Source: an uncultured Planctomycetales bacterium (GTDB lineage: Bacteria; Omnitrophota; Gorgyraeia; Zapsychrales; Zapsychraceae). Taken from it: a stretch of 64,000 nucleotides of DNA. Positions 55,676-64,000 of the stretch are shown piece after piece. The translations under genes were made by a program, and so were the position numbers. Each line of letters begins with the position of its first letter. The stretch's first letter is position 1. The stretch spans positions 47,569 to 111,568 of the forward strand of contig CAZHWM010000004.1 in assembly GCA_964535935.1 (NCBI GenBank), written 5' to 3'. Below the pieces are notes generated by a model. It was not told the origin of the DNA and searched no databases. It was given only the letters and a program-made list of their open reading frames with translations.

Positions 55676-57523
55676 ATGGGTGATAAAAGAAAAGAGACAT
55701 TTGAGTATAAGGCAGAAATGAAGCAGTTGCTTCATTTGATTATACATTCCTTATATACACATCCGGAGATATTTTTAAGGGAATTGATATCCAATGCATC
55801 TGATGCCTTGCATAAGGTTCGTTATCTACAGTTAACTAATAGCGATATTATCGATAAAGACAAGGACTTAGAGATAAAGATTAAGGTAGATGAGACAAGT
55901 AGAGAGTTTTCCATAGAGGATAATGGTATAGGCATGACAAGAGATGATCTTCTTCAGGGAATAGGTACGATCGCCCGTTCAGGGACATTAGAATTTCTGG
56001 AAAAGATGAAAAAGGAGAATAAAAATGTGGGAGAGCTTATAGGTCAGTTTGGTGTGGGGTTTTATTCGGTATTTATGGTGACTGATAAGGTTGTTGTTGA
56101 AACAAGACATGCGGATAGTAATTCAAAAGGGTTCCGGTGGGTATCTTCAGGAGAAGGTAATTTTACTATAGAAGAGATTGATAAACCATCGCGAGGTACA
56201 ATTATATCTTTTAAGTTAAAGGAATCTGCTAAGGAGTTTGCTAGAGAATCTAGAATAAAAGAGATTATAAAGAAGTACTCCAACTTCGCTGATTTTCCTA
56301 TATATGTAGGTAAAGAAAGGGTCAATACTATTGAACCGTTATGGAGGAAGAACTCATCTGAACTTAAACCTGATGAGCTGAATGAGTTTTATAAATTTAT
56401 TACGAATGATTATGAGGAGCCTTTAGCATATCTACCCTTGTCAATTGAAAGTGTTGGTGCGGAGTTTAAGGCCTTGTTGTTTATTCCTAGAAAGGCTCCA
56501 TTTGAATTGATGCGTCTATCCCAGCATAAGACATTACAGTTATATAGTAATAAGATTCTTATAATGGATGACTGTAAAGATCTTTTACCTGAGTACTTGC
56601 ATTTTATACGTGGGGTTGTGGATACTAACGATATCCCTTTGAATGTCTCACGGGAGATGATTCAGTCATCTGATGTTATTGGTAAAATTAAAACCACATT
56701 GACAGGTAAGATACTTCAATGGTTACAGAGGATGGCTAATAAGGAGAAAGAAAAATATCTTTTGTTTTATAGAAGATTCTCTCCATTGTTTAAGACAGGT
56801 GTTAACTCTGATCTTGCAAATAGACAGAAGCTTATAGATCTCCTTAGGTTTGAAAGTTCTAAATTAAAACGGGCTGAGATGACATCATTTAAGGAATATG
56901 TAGGAAGGATGAATGAAAAGCAGAAGGAAATATATTATTTGTCAGGCGATAGTAGGGAACAGGTAGAAGCTAATCCTAATTTGGAATATTTTAAAAAGCA
57001 TGATATAGAGGTGTTGTTCCTTCTTGAGCCAGTAGATGTTTTTGTGGTTCCATCTATAGGAGAGTATGATAAGAAACCAATAAAGGCTATTGATAAGGAT
57101 GATCTTGATCTTAGTGCATATGGGGAAGATAAACAGCAAGAGGATAATCTTTCTAAGTCTCTTATAGGGTTATTTAAGGATACATTAAGAGATAGGGTTG
57201 AAGATGTGAGGATTTCTCATAGATTGGTTGATTCGGCAGTAGCATTATTAACATCAAAGGCAGGGATGGATAGACAGATGGAACGTGTGATGAGGATGAT
57301 GGGGCAGGATGTTCAGTCATCAAAGAGGGTTATGGAGGTTAATATAAATCATCCTGTAATAAAAAATTTATCAAAAAGGTATCTTGCAAATGCCTCAGAT
57401 CCTTTTATCAAGAAATGTATTATCCAGTTATATGAGAGTGCACAGCTAATGGATGGTGAATTGCCTTCTCGTGCGGATTATGTGAAACGTATGATGGAAA
57501 TTATGGAGGAGGCAACTAAATAA
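55676..57523 (+). CDS. htpG: Chaperone HtpG (Hsp90)
   Basis: FLRELISNASDA, DNGIGM, IGQFGVGFYS and PLNVSRE motifs. Confidence 0.98.
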   Translation: MGDKRKETFEYKAEMKQLLHLIIHSLYTHPEIFLRELISNASDALHKVRYLQLTNSDIIDKDKDLEIKIKVDETSREFSIEDNGIGMTRDDLLQGIGTIARSGTLEFLEKMKKENKNVGELIGQFGVGFYSVFMVTDKVVVETRHADSNSKGFRWVSSGEGNFTIEEIDKPSRGTIISFKLKESAKEFARESRIKEIIKKYSNFADFPIYVGKERVNTIEPLWRKNSSELKPDELNEFYKFITNDYEEPLAYLPLSIESVGAEFKALLFIPRKAPFELMRLSQHKTLQLYSNKILIMDDCKDLLPEYLHFIRGVVDTNDIPLNVSREMIQSSDVIGKIKTTLTGKILQWLQRMANKEKEKYLLFYRRFSPLFKTGVNSDLANRQKLIDLLRFESSKLKRAEMTSFKEYVGRMNEKQKEIYYLSGDSREQVEANPNLEYFKKHDIEVLFLLEPVDVFVVPSIGEYDKKPIKAIDKDDLDLSAYGEDKQQEDNLSKSLIGLFKDTLRDRVEDVRISHRLVDSAVALLTSKAGMDRQMERVMRMMGQDVQSSKRVMEVNINHPVIKNLSKRYLANASDPFIKKCIIQLYESAQLMDGELPSRADYVKRMMEIMEEATK

Positions 57524-57545
57524 CAAAATGTGTATAAGATAGAAT

Positions 57546-57597
57546 AAGAGGGCATAGCTTTTTTAAGTATAAATATGATATTTAAGCTATGCCCTTT
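57546..57597. terminator. Hairpin between converging htpG and ferredoxin genes
   Basis: AGGGCATAGCTT ...23 nt... AAGCTATGCCCT. Confidence 0.7.
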
Positions 57598-57644
57598 AGA
57601 TATGGAATGTTTTTTGTTATATCAATAATTTTGTGTGGATGTTA

Positions 57645-57815
57645 TTATTCTTGAATTATGGCCTCTACAGGGCATACTGCAGCACATGCTCCGCAGTCAG
57701 TGCAGAGATCAGGATCGATAACATAAATAGGATCGCCTTCGCTGATAGCTTCTACAGGACATTCTGGTTTGCATGTCCCGCATGCTGTACATTGGTCTGT
57801 AATTTTGTATGCCAT
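57645..57815 (-). CDS. Clostridial-type 2[4Fe-4S] ferredoxin, 56 aa (absent from the ORF track)
   Basis: Hand translation MAYKITDQCTACGTCKPECPVEAISEGDPIYVIDPDLCTDCGACAAVCPVEAIIQE; SD AAGGAG. Confidence 0.95.
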   Translation of the reverse strand: MAYKITDQCTACGTCKPECPVEAISEGDPIYVIDPDLCTDCGACAAVCPVEAIIQE

Positions 57816-58071
57816 AATATTACTCCTTTTTTAGTATATTTATATTTAGTTAAAACTTAATTTATTTTTTTACGGGTTGTATTTTGTCACATATCTCATG
57901 TTTAATTAATCTTACTACAAAAAAATAATATGACAATATAATTTTGATAATAATTTTTTTTGTTTGATAAAATTTCACTTTAACGGAAAGCTACTCTACA
58001 GTATAATAAAAAATTAATATAATCTTTTAATAAATATAAATTTTATAGGAGTATGTAAGAAAGAGGGTTGT

Positions 58072-58632
58072 ATGAAATTATTTTATTATATTATTATTTC
58101 AATAGTGTTAATGATTACTCCTATTGCTACTTTTGCCCAGACTGGAAAGCAGGTTTTTCATATGGCATTTGATAATTGTAATAGATATAAAGATGTGGTA
58201 GTTGATGAGGTGTTGTCTGTTAATACATTCAGGTTAAAGGATGGGGAGAAGGTTAGACTTATAGGTCTACGTGTACCAAAAGAATTTGTATTGAAAAAGA
58301 AAGATAAAAAGAGACGTGATAAATATGGGTTTGTAATTAAAGAAAAAGAGCCTCCATTTACTCCTTTTAATGAAAAGGCTATTAATTTTGTCCGAAATTT
58401 AATAGAAGGTAAGCATGTCAGGCTTGAATTTGATGTAAAAAAGACAGATGAGAATTATGTTACATTGGCGTATGCTTTCTTGATAAAAGATAATACCTTT
58501 GTCAACGGAGAGATATTACGTCAAGGATTTGCCTACTTGTCATTAGGGCCTTTAAATAAAAAATACGAGAAACAGTTAAAGTCAGCATATCAGGAGGCGA
58601 AAAGAGAACTGCGAGGTGTTCATGGTCAATAA
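58072..58632 (+). CDS. Exported thermonuclease (SNase)-fold protein with a degenerate active site
   Basis: Signal peptide; VRLIG, V.LE.D, LAY, VN.E.LRQG.A and EAK...RG motifs. Confidence 0.8.
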   Translation: MKLFYYIIISIVLMITPIATFAQTGKQVFHMAFDNCNRYKDVVVDEVLSVNTFRLKDGEKVRLIGLRVPKEFVLKKKDKKRRDKYGFVIKEKEPPFTPFNEKAINFVRNLIEGKHVRLEFDVKKTDENYVTLAYAFLIKDNTFVNGEILRQGFAYLSLGPLNKKYEKQLKSAYQEAKRELRGVHGQ

Positions 58633-58723
58633 TTTATTTCTTATCTTTTGGCCTAATTCTTATCAGATATCTTTTTCTCATAGAACGTGATTGGGAAGTC
58701 AGGAAGCATTTTTAAGGCATATT

Positions 58724-59716
58724 ATGGATTTAGTTGTTTCGGTTAAAAACAGTATTATATGTAATGGATTGGTAAGTGCGGGGGATAAGATTATTATAGG
58801 TGTTTCTGGGGGGCCGGATTCAGTTGCTCTTCTTTATGCTATGAATAGGCTTAAATATGAATTAGGGATACAGTTGCATATTGCTCATTATAATCACTGT
58901 ATGCGTAAATCTTCTGATGCAGATCAGAGGTTTGTTGAAGCTTTGTCAAATAGGCTTAATATATCATGTACGATTGGCATATGGAAAGGTTATAATGATA
59001 ATCTAAGATATGGTTCTTTGGAAGAGTCGGCACGGAAAGCACGGTTTGATTTTTTTATTCAGGTAGCACTAAAACAAAATGCAGCGGCTGTTGCATTGGC
59101 ACACAATGCAGATGACCAGGCAGAAACTATATTAATGCGTATTTTAAGAGGGACCGGAGCCCTAGGTATACGTGGCATGTTGCAGGACAGAAAGATAAAC
59201 AATGTTAGGTTTATAAGACCTATGTTACAAGTAAGTCGTTGCGATATAGAAAGATATCTTAAGGACAATAATATATCATTTAGGATAGATCCTACCAATA
59301 AACAACTTAAATTTTTTCGTAATAAGATAAGACATAAATTGCTCCCACTTATTGAGGCTGAATATAATAGTGGTGTTAAAGGCGTTTTATCAAATCTTGC
59401 AGATGTTGCGGCTGCTGATTACGATTATATTGAACAGCAGGCAGAAAAGGCCTTTTTAAAGATAGTTCAGTGTAAGAAAAAAGGTGTGTATATAGACTTA
59501 AAACGATTTATGAGAAAGCATGTTGCTTTAAGGAGAATGATTTTACGTATGGCCATAGAATATGTTAAAGGAGATATTAGGCGTATAGAGCTAAGACATA
59601 TGAAAGAAATAGAGAATATGATTAGGAATCGTCCTGTTGATAGTGTTGTTAATCTACCTGCAGGAATTAGTGTAGTAAAGGTTAGTAAAGATATTGTAAC
59701 CATAAGACAAAATTGA
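58724..59716 (+). CDS. tilS: tRNA(Ile)-lysidine synthase (short form)
   Basis: VSGGPDS, AR.AR, AHN.DDQAET..MR..RG, RP, D.TN and RN.IR motifs. Confidence 0.95.
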   Translation: MDLVVSVKNSIICNGLVSAGDKIIIGVSGGPDSVALLYAMNRLKYELGIQLHIAHYNHCMRKSSDADQRFVEALSNRLNISCTIGIWKGYNDNLRYGSLEESARKARFDFFIQVALKQNAAAVALAHNADDQAETILMRILRGTGALGIRGMLQDRKINNVRFIRPMLQVSRCDIERYLKDNNISFRIDPTNKQLKFFRNKIRHKLLPLIEAEYNSGVKGVLSNLADVAAADYDYIEQQAEKAFLKIVQCKKKGVYIDLKRFMRKHVALRRMILRMAIEYVKGDIRRIELRHMKEIENMIRNRPVDSVVNLPAGISVVKVSKDIVTIRQN

Positions 59717-59906
59717 ATTTTATGCTAAGCTAAGAAATCAGTTATTTTAAATATTTATAGTAATATTTCTTGGAAAGTGTATTTAATTCCTTGCATAAAT
59801 TGTATAATAGATTATAATCGTTAACAATTGGTAATAAAAAAATATAATGTAATTAATTAAAAATATAAATTATAAAAAGTATTATTAAAAGAAAGAAGAA
59901 CAGACA

Positions 59907-61925
59907 ATGGCAGAATCAGAATATAAACCAGAATTAAATAAACGAAGAGTAAAAAAACGGTTGGGGAAAAATAATCAGCCTGCTGGGAATTGGCTATTTT
60001 GGATATTGGCCTTTACGTTTTTAATAATAATGAGTCAGCCTGGGCCTATGACAGGAGGGATTGGTTCTGTAAAGGAGATAAGTTATAGCGATTTTTATTC
60101 AAGTCTTCTACATAATAAAGAGACAGGTAAGATACAGAGCCTTGAATTAATTGAAGATACAGAAAATATAATCAGGGGAAAATTTAGTGATGGTTCTAGA
60201 TTTGAGGTAAATATTCCAAAAGATGATCCTAAGATTATTGAATTGATAAGGAAGAATGTGCCGGAATTTTATGTGAGGCCTCCACATACTTTATTGGGTA
60301 ATATATTTTTTAATTTTATGCCGGTGTTTCTTATTATAGCATTTTTTTGGTATCTATCTAATAGAGGGGCACAGATAGGTAATAAATTATGGTCTTTTGG
60401 AAAGTCTCGGGCAAGGATGAGTACAAAGGATAACAAGGTTACTTTTAAAGATGTTGCAGGAGTGGATGAGGCTAAAGAAGAGTTACAGGAGGTTATAGAG
60501 TTTTTAAAGGATCCTAAGAAATTTCAACGTTTGGGAGGTAAGATTCCCAAAGGTGTCTTGTTGATAGGTCCGCCTGGAACGGGTAAGACTTTGTTAGCAA
60601 AGGCAGTTGCCGGTGAGGCAGGAGTTCCTTTCTTCTCCTTAAGTGGTTCTGATTTTGTTGAGATGTTTGTGGGGGTTGGAGCATCTCGTGTCCGTGATTT
60701 GTTTGAGCAAGGTAGAAAGGCATCTAAGACATCAGGTAAAGGGGCGATTATATTTATCGATGAAATTGATGCTGTGGGTCGCCAGCGTTTTTCAGGTATA
60801 GGTGGCGGCAACGATGAGAGAGAACAAACTTTAAATGCCCTTTTGGTAGAGATGGATGGGTTTTCAACTCAAGGGGGGCTTATACTTATAGCTGCTACTA
60901 ATAGACCTGATACATTAGATCCTGCTTTGTTAAGACCCGGTAGGTTTGATAGGCGGATAGTGGTGGGATTGCCAGATATTAAAGGCCGGGAAGGCATATT
61001 AAAGGTGCATGCAAAGGAAATAGTGTTGGATAAGGATGTTGATTTAAAGAAAATAGCAAGGCAGGCGGTATATTTTTCAGGAGCAGATTTGGCTAATGTG
61101 TGTAATGAGGCTGCACTTTTGGCTGCACGAAGAGGTAAATCTGCGGTAGGAATGGACGAATTCTATGCAGCAGTTGAACGGGTTACTATGGGACCAGAGA
61201 AAAAAAGTAGAACCATTTCAAAAGAAGAACGAGAAATAACAGCATATCATGAATCTGGTCATGCCCTTTTATCTCTGTTAATTGATGAGGTCGATACCTT
61301 TACCAAGGTATCTATTATCCCTAGAGGAATAGCAGGAGGATACACTCTTACTCCACCAAAAGAAGATAGGCATTATTTAAATACAAAACAAATAAAAGGG
61401 CAGATGGCTGTAATGTTAGGGGGGATGGTCGCAGAAAAACTACATTTTGGTGATACTTCTACGGGTGTATCTAATGATTTGGAGAATGTAACAAAGTTGG
61501 CACGTAGTATGGTGTGTGATTATGGTATGAGCGAGGGATTAGGGTCGCTTTCTTATGGTCAACATGAACATGCGCGTTTTTTAGGTAGGGATATTTTTGA
61601 TCAGAGATTATATAGTGAGGAAACTGCAAAAAGGATTGATGAGGAGATGCAACGAATAGTGAAAGAGGCATATGCACGAGCAGAGAAGTTGTTAAAAGAA
61701 AATATAGATAAACTTGATTTATTGGCTACAAGGCTTATCCAGAAAGAGGTTATAAGTATAGAAGAGGCTATGGAATTGTTGGGAATAGAATCTAAGGATG
61801 AAAATAAAGAAGCTGACGAGGATAATGAAGATTCAATGCAAGAAGGTGATTCCAATAGCTCAGAACAATCAGAAGAGTCGGGTGAAGAGGGAAAAGATTT
61901 TGAGAGTACCCAATCAGCAACTTAA
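59907..61925 (+). CDS. ftsH: ATP-dependent zinc metalloprotease FtsH
   Basis: [24 protein letters not shown] and HESGH motifs; acidic C-terminal tail. Confidence 0.98.
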   Translation: MAESEYKPELNKRRVKKRLGKNNQPAGNWLFWILAFTFLIIMSQPGPMTGGIGSVKEISYSDFYSSLLHNKETGKIQSLELIEDTENIIRGKFSDGSRFEVNIPKDDPKIIELIRKNVPEFYVRPPHTLLGNIFFNFMPVFLIIAFFWYLSNRGAQIGNKLWSFGKSRARMSTKDNKVTFKDVAGVDEAKEELQEVIEFLKDPKKFQRLGGKIPKGVLLIGPPGTGKTLLAKAVAGEAGVPFFSLSGSDFVEMFVGVGASRVRDLFEQGRKASKTSGKGAIIFIDEIDAVGRQRFSGIGGGNDEREQTLNALLVEMDGFSTQGGLILIAATNRPDTLDPALLRPGRFDRRIVVGLPDIKGREGILKVHAKEIVLDKDVDLKKIARQAVYFSGADLANVCNEAALLAARRGKSAVGMDEFYAAVERVTMGPEKKSRTISKEEREITAYHESGHALLSLLIDEVDTFTKVSIIPRGIAGGYTLTPPKEDRHYLNTKQIKGQMAVMLGGMVAEKLHFGDTSTGVSNDLENVTKLARSMVCDYGMSEGLGSLSYGQHEHARFLGRDIFDQRLYSEETAKRIDEEMQRIVKEAYARAEKLLKENIDKLDLLATRLIQKEVISIEEAMELLGIESKDENKEADEDNEDSMQEGDSNSSEQSEESGEEGKDFESTQSAT

Positions 61926-62811
61926 GAGAAAAAGAAGATGGCGTAGAGATTTTGTTGTTTGCTGTGGTAATTATAAGTTGTCTCTTGGAAAACGTACTGT
62001 TGTGATGGGTATAATTAATTGTACTCCTGATTCGTTCAGTAAAGACGGGTGTCTGAGTCCATCATATGAAAATCGGGATAATTTTGTCCATAAGGCAGAA
62101 CGTCGTGCATTAAAATTTATTAAAGAGGGTGCTGATATTATTGATATAGGTGGTGAGTCTAGCCGACCAGGAGCAAGTCGTATAACTGCAAGAGAAGAGG
62201 CTGAGAGGGTTATTCCTGTAATTAAGTCGCTTGTCAAAAAGATACGGGTGCCTATTTCTGTAGATACCTATAAACCCCTTGTAGCTAAAAAGGCACTGGA
62301 TGTGGGGGCATGTATAATAAATAATATTATGGGGACAAGATTGGATGATAGATTGCTGTCTATGGTAAGAGATTATGGGGCAGCAATAATATTGATGCAT
62401 ATTCGCGGCACGCCTTCTACTATGCAAAAGAATATTTCTTATAATAATCTTATAAATGATATTATATGTGAACTTAAGGATTCTATTAACAGGTGTTTGG
62501 ATATAGGTATAGACCCGGCTAGGATTATAATTGATCCAGGCATAGGATTTGGCAAAACGGTTGAAGATAATCTTAAGATAATAAATAGATTGGAAGAATT
62601 TGGAAAATTAAAATATCCTATTTTGATAGGTCCCTCACGCAAATCTTTTATAGGAAAGATACTTGATAAACAAGTAAATAAACGGCTGGCAGGGACTATA
62701 GCCTCTGTATGTGCATCGGTTGTTAGAGGAGTACATATTGTTCGAGTACATGATGTCAGGGCAGTTAAGGAAGCGGTTACTATAATGGATGAAGTGCTAA
62801 ATTCTGAATAA
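61900..62811 (+). CDS. folP: Dihydropteroate synthase
   Basis: MGIINCTPDSFS, DIGGESSRPG, DPGIGFGK, SRKS and RVHDV motifs; start uncertain (TTG at 61900 chosen). Confidence 0.95.
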   Translation: MRVPNQQLKRKRRWRRDFVVCCGNYKLSLGKRTVVMGIINCTPDSFSKDGCLSPSYENRDNFVHKAERRALKFIKEGADIIDIGGESSRPGASRITAREEAERVIPVIKSLVKKIRVPISVDTYKPLVAKKALDVGACIINNIMGTRLDDRLLSMVRDYGAAIILMHIRGTPSTMQKNISYNNLINDIICELKDSINRCLDIGIDPARIIIDPGIGFGKTVEDNLKIINRLEEFGKLKYPILIGPSRKSFIGKILDKQVNKRLAGTIASVCASVVRGVHIVRVHDVRAVKEAVTIMDEVLNSE

Positions 62812-62838
62812 TTTTATATAGTAAGGGCGTGTGTTGTT

Positions 62839-63618
62839 ATGTCTCTTTCTGTAGTATGGGGAATAATAAAACCAGGACTTGAGATAATAATTTTGTGGAT
62901 TGTATTTTATAGAATACTTGTTTTTTTTGAGGGAACAAGGGCGTTTCAGGTTTTGAAAGGTATTACTTATCTGCTTGTTATATTTTTAATATCTCAGTTA
63001 TTAGGTTTTGAGATATTAAACTGGCTTTTGACCAAATTTTTTGCTATATCAATAATCGCCTTTCTTATTATATTTCAACCTGAATTAAGGCAGGGATTGG
63101 CACGTCTGGGACAACAGCATCTTTTTTCTATAGGCCTTGAGGAATCTGAGATAGTAGAGATCATAGAAGAGATTGTGGCTGCAGTACATAAACTCTCACG
63201 TAAGAAAACAGGTTGTCTTATAGCTATAGAGAGAGAAACTAAGCTACGACCTTATATTGAGACAGGGGTACATATAGATACTAAGATATCATCTGAATTG
63301 ATACAAAGTATATTTAATTCACAGTCGCCATTGCATGATGGAGGGCTCATTATACGGGGGGACCGTATGGTCGCTGCATCGTGTCTTTTCCCTCTTTCTG
63401 ATAATCCTAATTTTAATAAAATAATAGGTACTCGACATAGGGCAGCACTCGGTATTACGGAACAGACAGATGCTATAGTGGTGATGGTTTCGGAAGAGAC
63501 TGGGGATATTTCTCTTGCTGCTGATGGGAGGTTTATTCCAATTGTAAATAGAGAACGACTTGTCAATCTGTTAAAAGGACTTTTGGTTAGAGAACGAAAA
63601 GGAAAGAAGAAATCATGA
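62839..63618 (+). CDS. cdaA: Diadenylate cyclase CdaA
   Basis: Three TM helices, FQPELR..L, LHDGG, GTRHRAA and VSEE motifs. Confidence 0.95.
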   Translation: MSLSVVWGIIKPGLEIIILWIVFYRILVFFEGTRAFQVLKGITYLLVIFLISQLLGFEILNWLLTKFFAISIIAFLIIFQPELRQGLARLGQQHLFSIGLEESEIVEIIEEIVAAVHKLSRKKTGCLIAIERETKLRPYIETGVHIDTKISSELIQSIFNSQSPLHDGGLIIRGDRMVAASCLFPLSDNPNFNKIIGTRHRAALGITEQTDAIVVMVSEETGDISLAADGRFIPIVNRERLVNLLKGLLVRERKGKKKS

Positions 63619-63713
63619 AAGAGAAATTATTATATAATTTAGGATTAAAGTTAATTGCATTGGGGTTGGCTATTATAACGTGGATTTACGTTCATGGTGA
63701 GTTGGTTAAGTAA
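63615..63713 (+). CDS. 32-aa peptide resembling the CdaR/YbbR membrane anchor (absent from the ORF track)
   Basis: MKEKLLYNLGLKLIALGLAIITWIYVHGELVK; ATGA overlap with the cdaA stop. Confidence 0.75.
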   Translation: MKEKLLYNLGLKLIALGLAIITWIYVHGELVK

Positions 63714-63773
63714 GAGATAAGTAAGAGAAGTTTTTTACTAAATATGAATAGAATTAGATAAGGAGAATTTAAT

Positions 63774-64000
63774 ATGCCTAAACTAGGAGTGAATATTGAC
63801 CATGTTGCGACCTTGCGGCAGGCAAGAAAAGAATTTGACCCTGATCCTGTGATGGCAGCAGAGGTTTGCGAGGCAGCAGGTGCTGATAGTATTGTTGCAC
63901 ATTTGCGGGAGGATAGGAGGCATATTAATGATAATGATATTGTTTTATTGAGAAAAAAAATAAAGACAAAGTTTAATTTGGAGATGTCTATTAATAAAGA
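63774..64000 (+). CDS. pdxJ: Pyridoxine 5'-phosphate synthase (5' part, runs off the window)
   Basis: [18 protein letters not shown]...HLREDRRHI...NLEM; SD AAGGAG. Confidence 0.95.
   Translation, partial: MPKLGVNIDHVATLRQARKEFDPDPVMAAEVCEAAGADSIVAHLREDRRHINDNDIVLLRKKIKTKFNLEMSINK

Noticed and set aside
34763-57815. Integrative element at tRNA-Ala
   Set aside because: No integrase or transposase, and no duplicated tRNA 3' end found by eye; housekeeping rsmE and htpG lie inside the span
57633-57860. 75-aa Cys-rich + strand ORF
   Set aside because: Shadow of the minus-strand ferredoxin
61798-61925. 128-nt ftsH/folP overlap as a dual-coding region
   Set aside because: Better explained by a later folP start (TTG at 61900 with a purine-rich SD)

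Overview
AT-rich bacterial chromosomal window with almost all genes on the + strand. Gene content suggests an anaerobic, probably heat-adapted organism. The synteny resembles Candidatus Omnitrophota/PVC, but this is an inference and was not checked. Gene order: rplM-rpsI; a complete arginine operon (argCJBDFGH); the DapL-type lysine operon (lysA-dapF-dapA-dapB-dapL) followed by folK-panC-nadX; a histone-H1-like protein with a duplicated unknown head domain; uvrA; a ~14 kb cluster in which a large TPR protein and an ExbB/ExbD(TolQ/R)-type proton motor sit directly in front of a type IV pilus/T2SS-like machine; tRNA-Ala(CGC); a redox-stress block (Rrf2-HD-hcp converging on perR-like/TIGR02757/rubrerythrin/desulfoferrodoxin/ferritin/flavodiiron/flavin reductase); a B12 radical SAM enzyme, rsmE and a GT-C/TPR glycosyltransferase; a Fur-box-controlled, uncharacterised metal-cofactor operon; a CIRCE-preceded ino1 - IPCT/DIPPS - htpG unit; a ferredoxin missed by the ORF track; a degenerate thermonuclease; and tilS-ftsH-folP-cdaA, a 32-aa mini-CdaR, and partial pdxJ. 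The strongest leads are (1) di-myo-inositol-phosphate synthesis apparently under HrcA/CIRCE control together with htpG, (2) the Ton/Tol motor plus type IV filament cluster, (3) the H1-like protein, (4) the Fur-regulated cofactor operon and (5) the mini-CdaR. No CRISPR array, rRNA, integrase or transposase was seen. All family calls come from motif recognition by eye, not from database searches.
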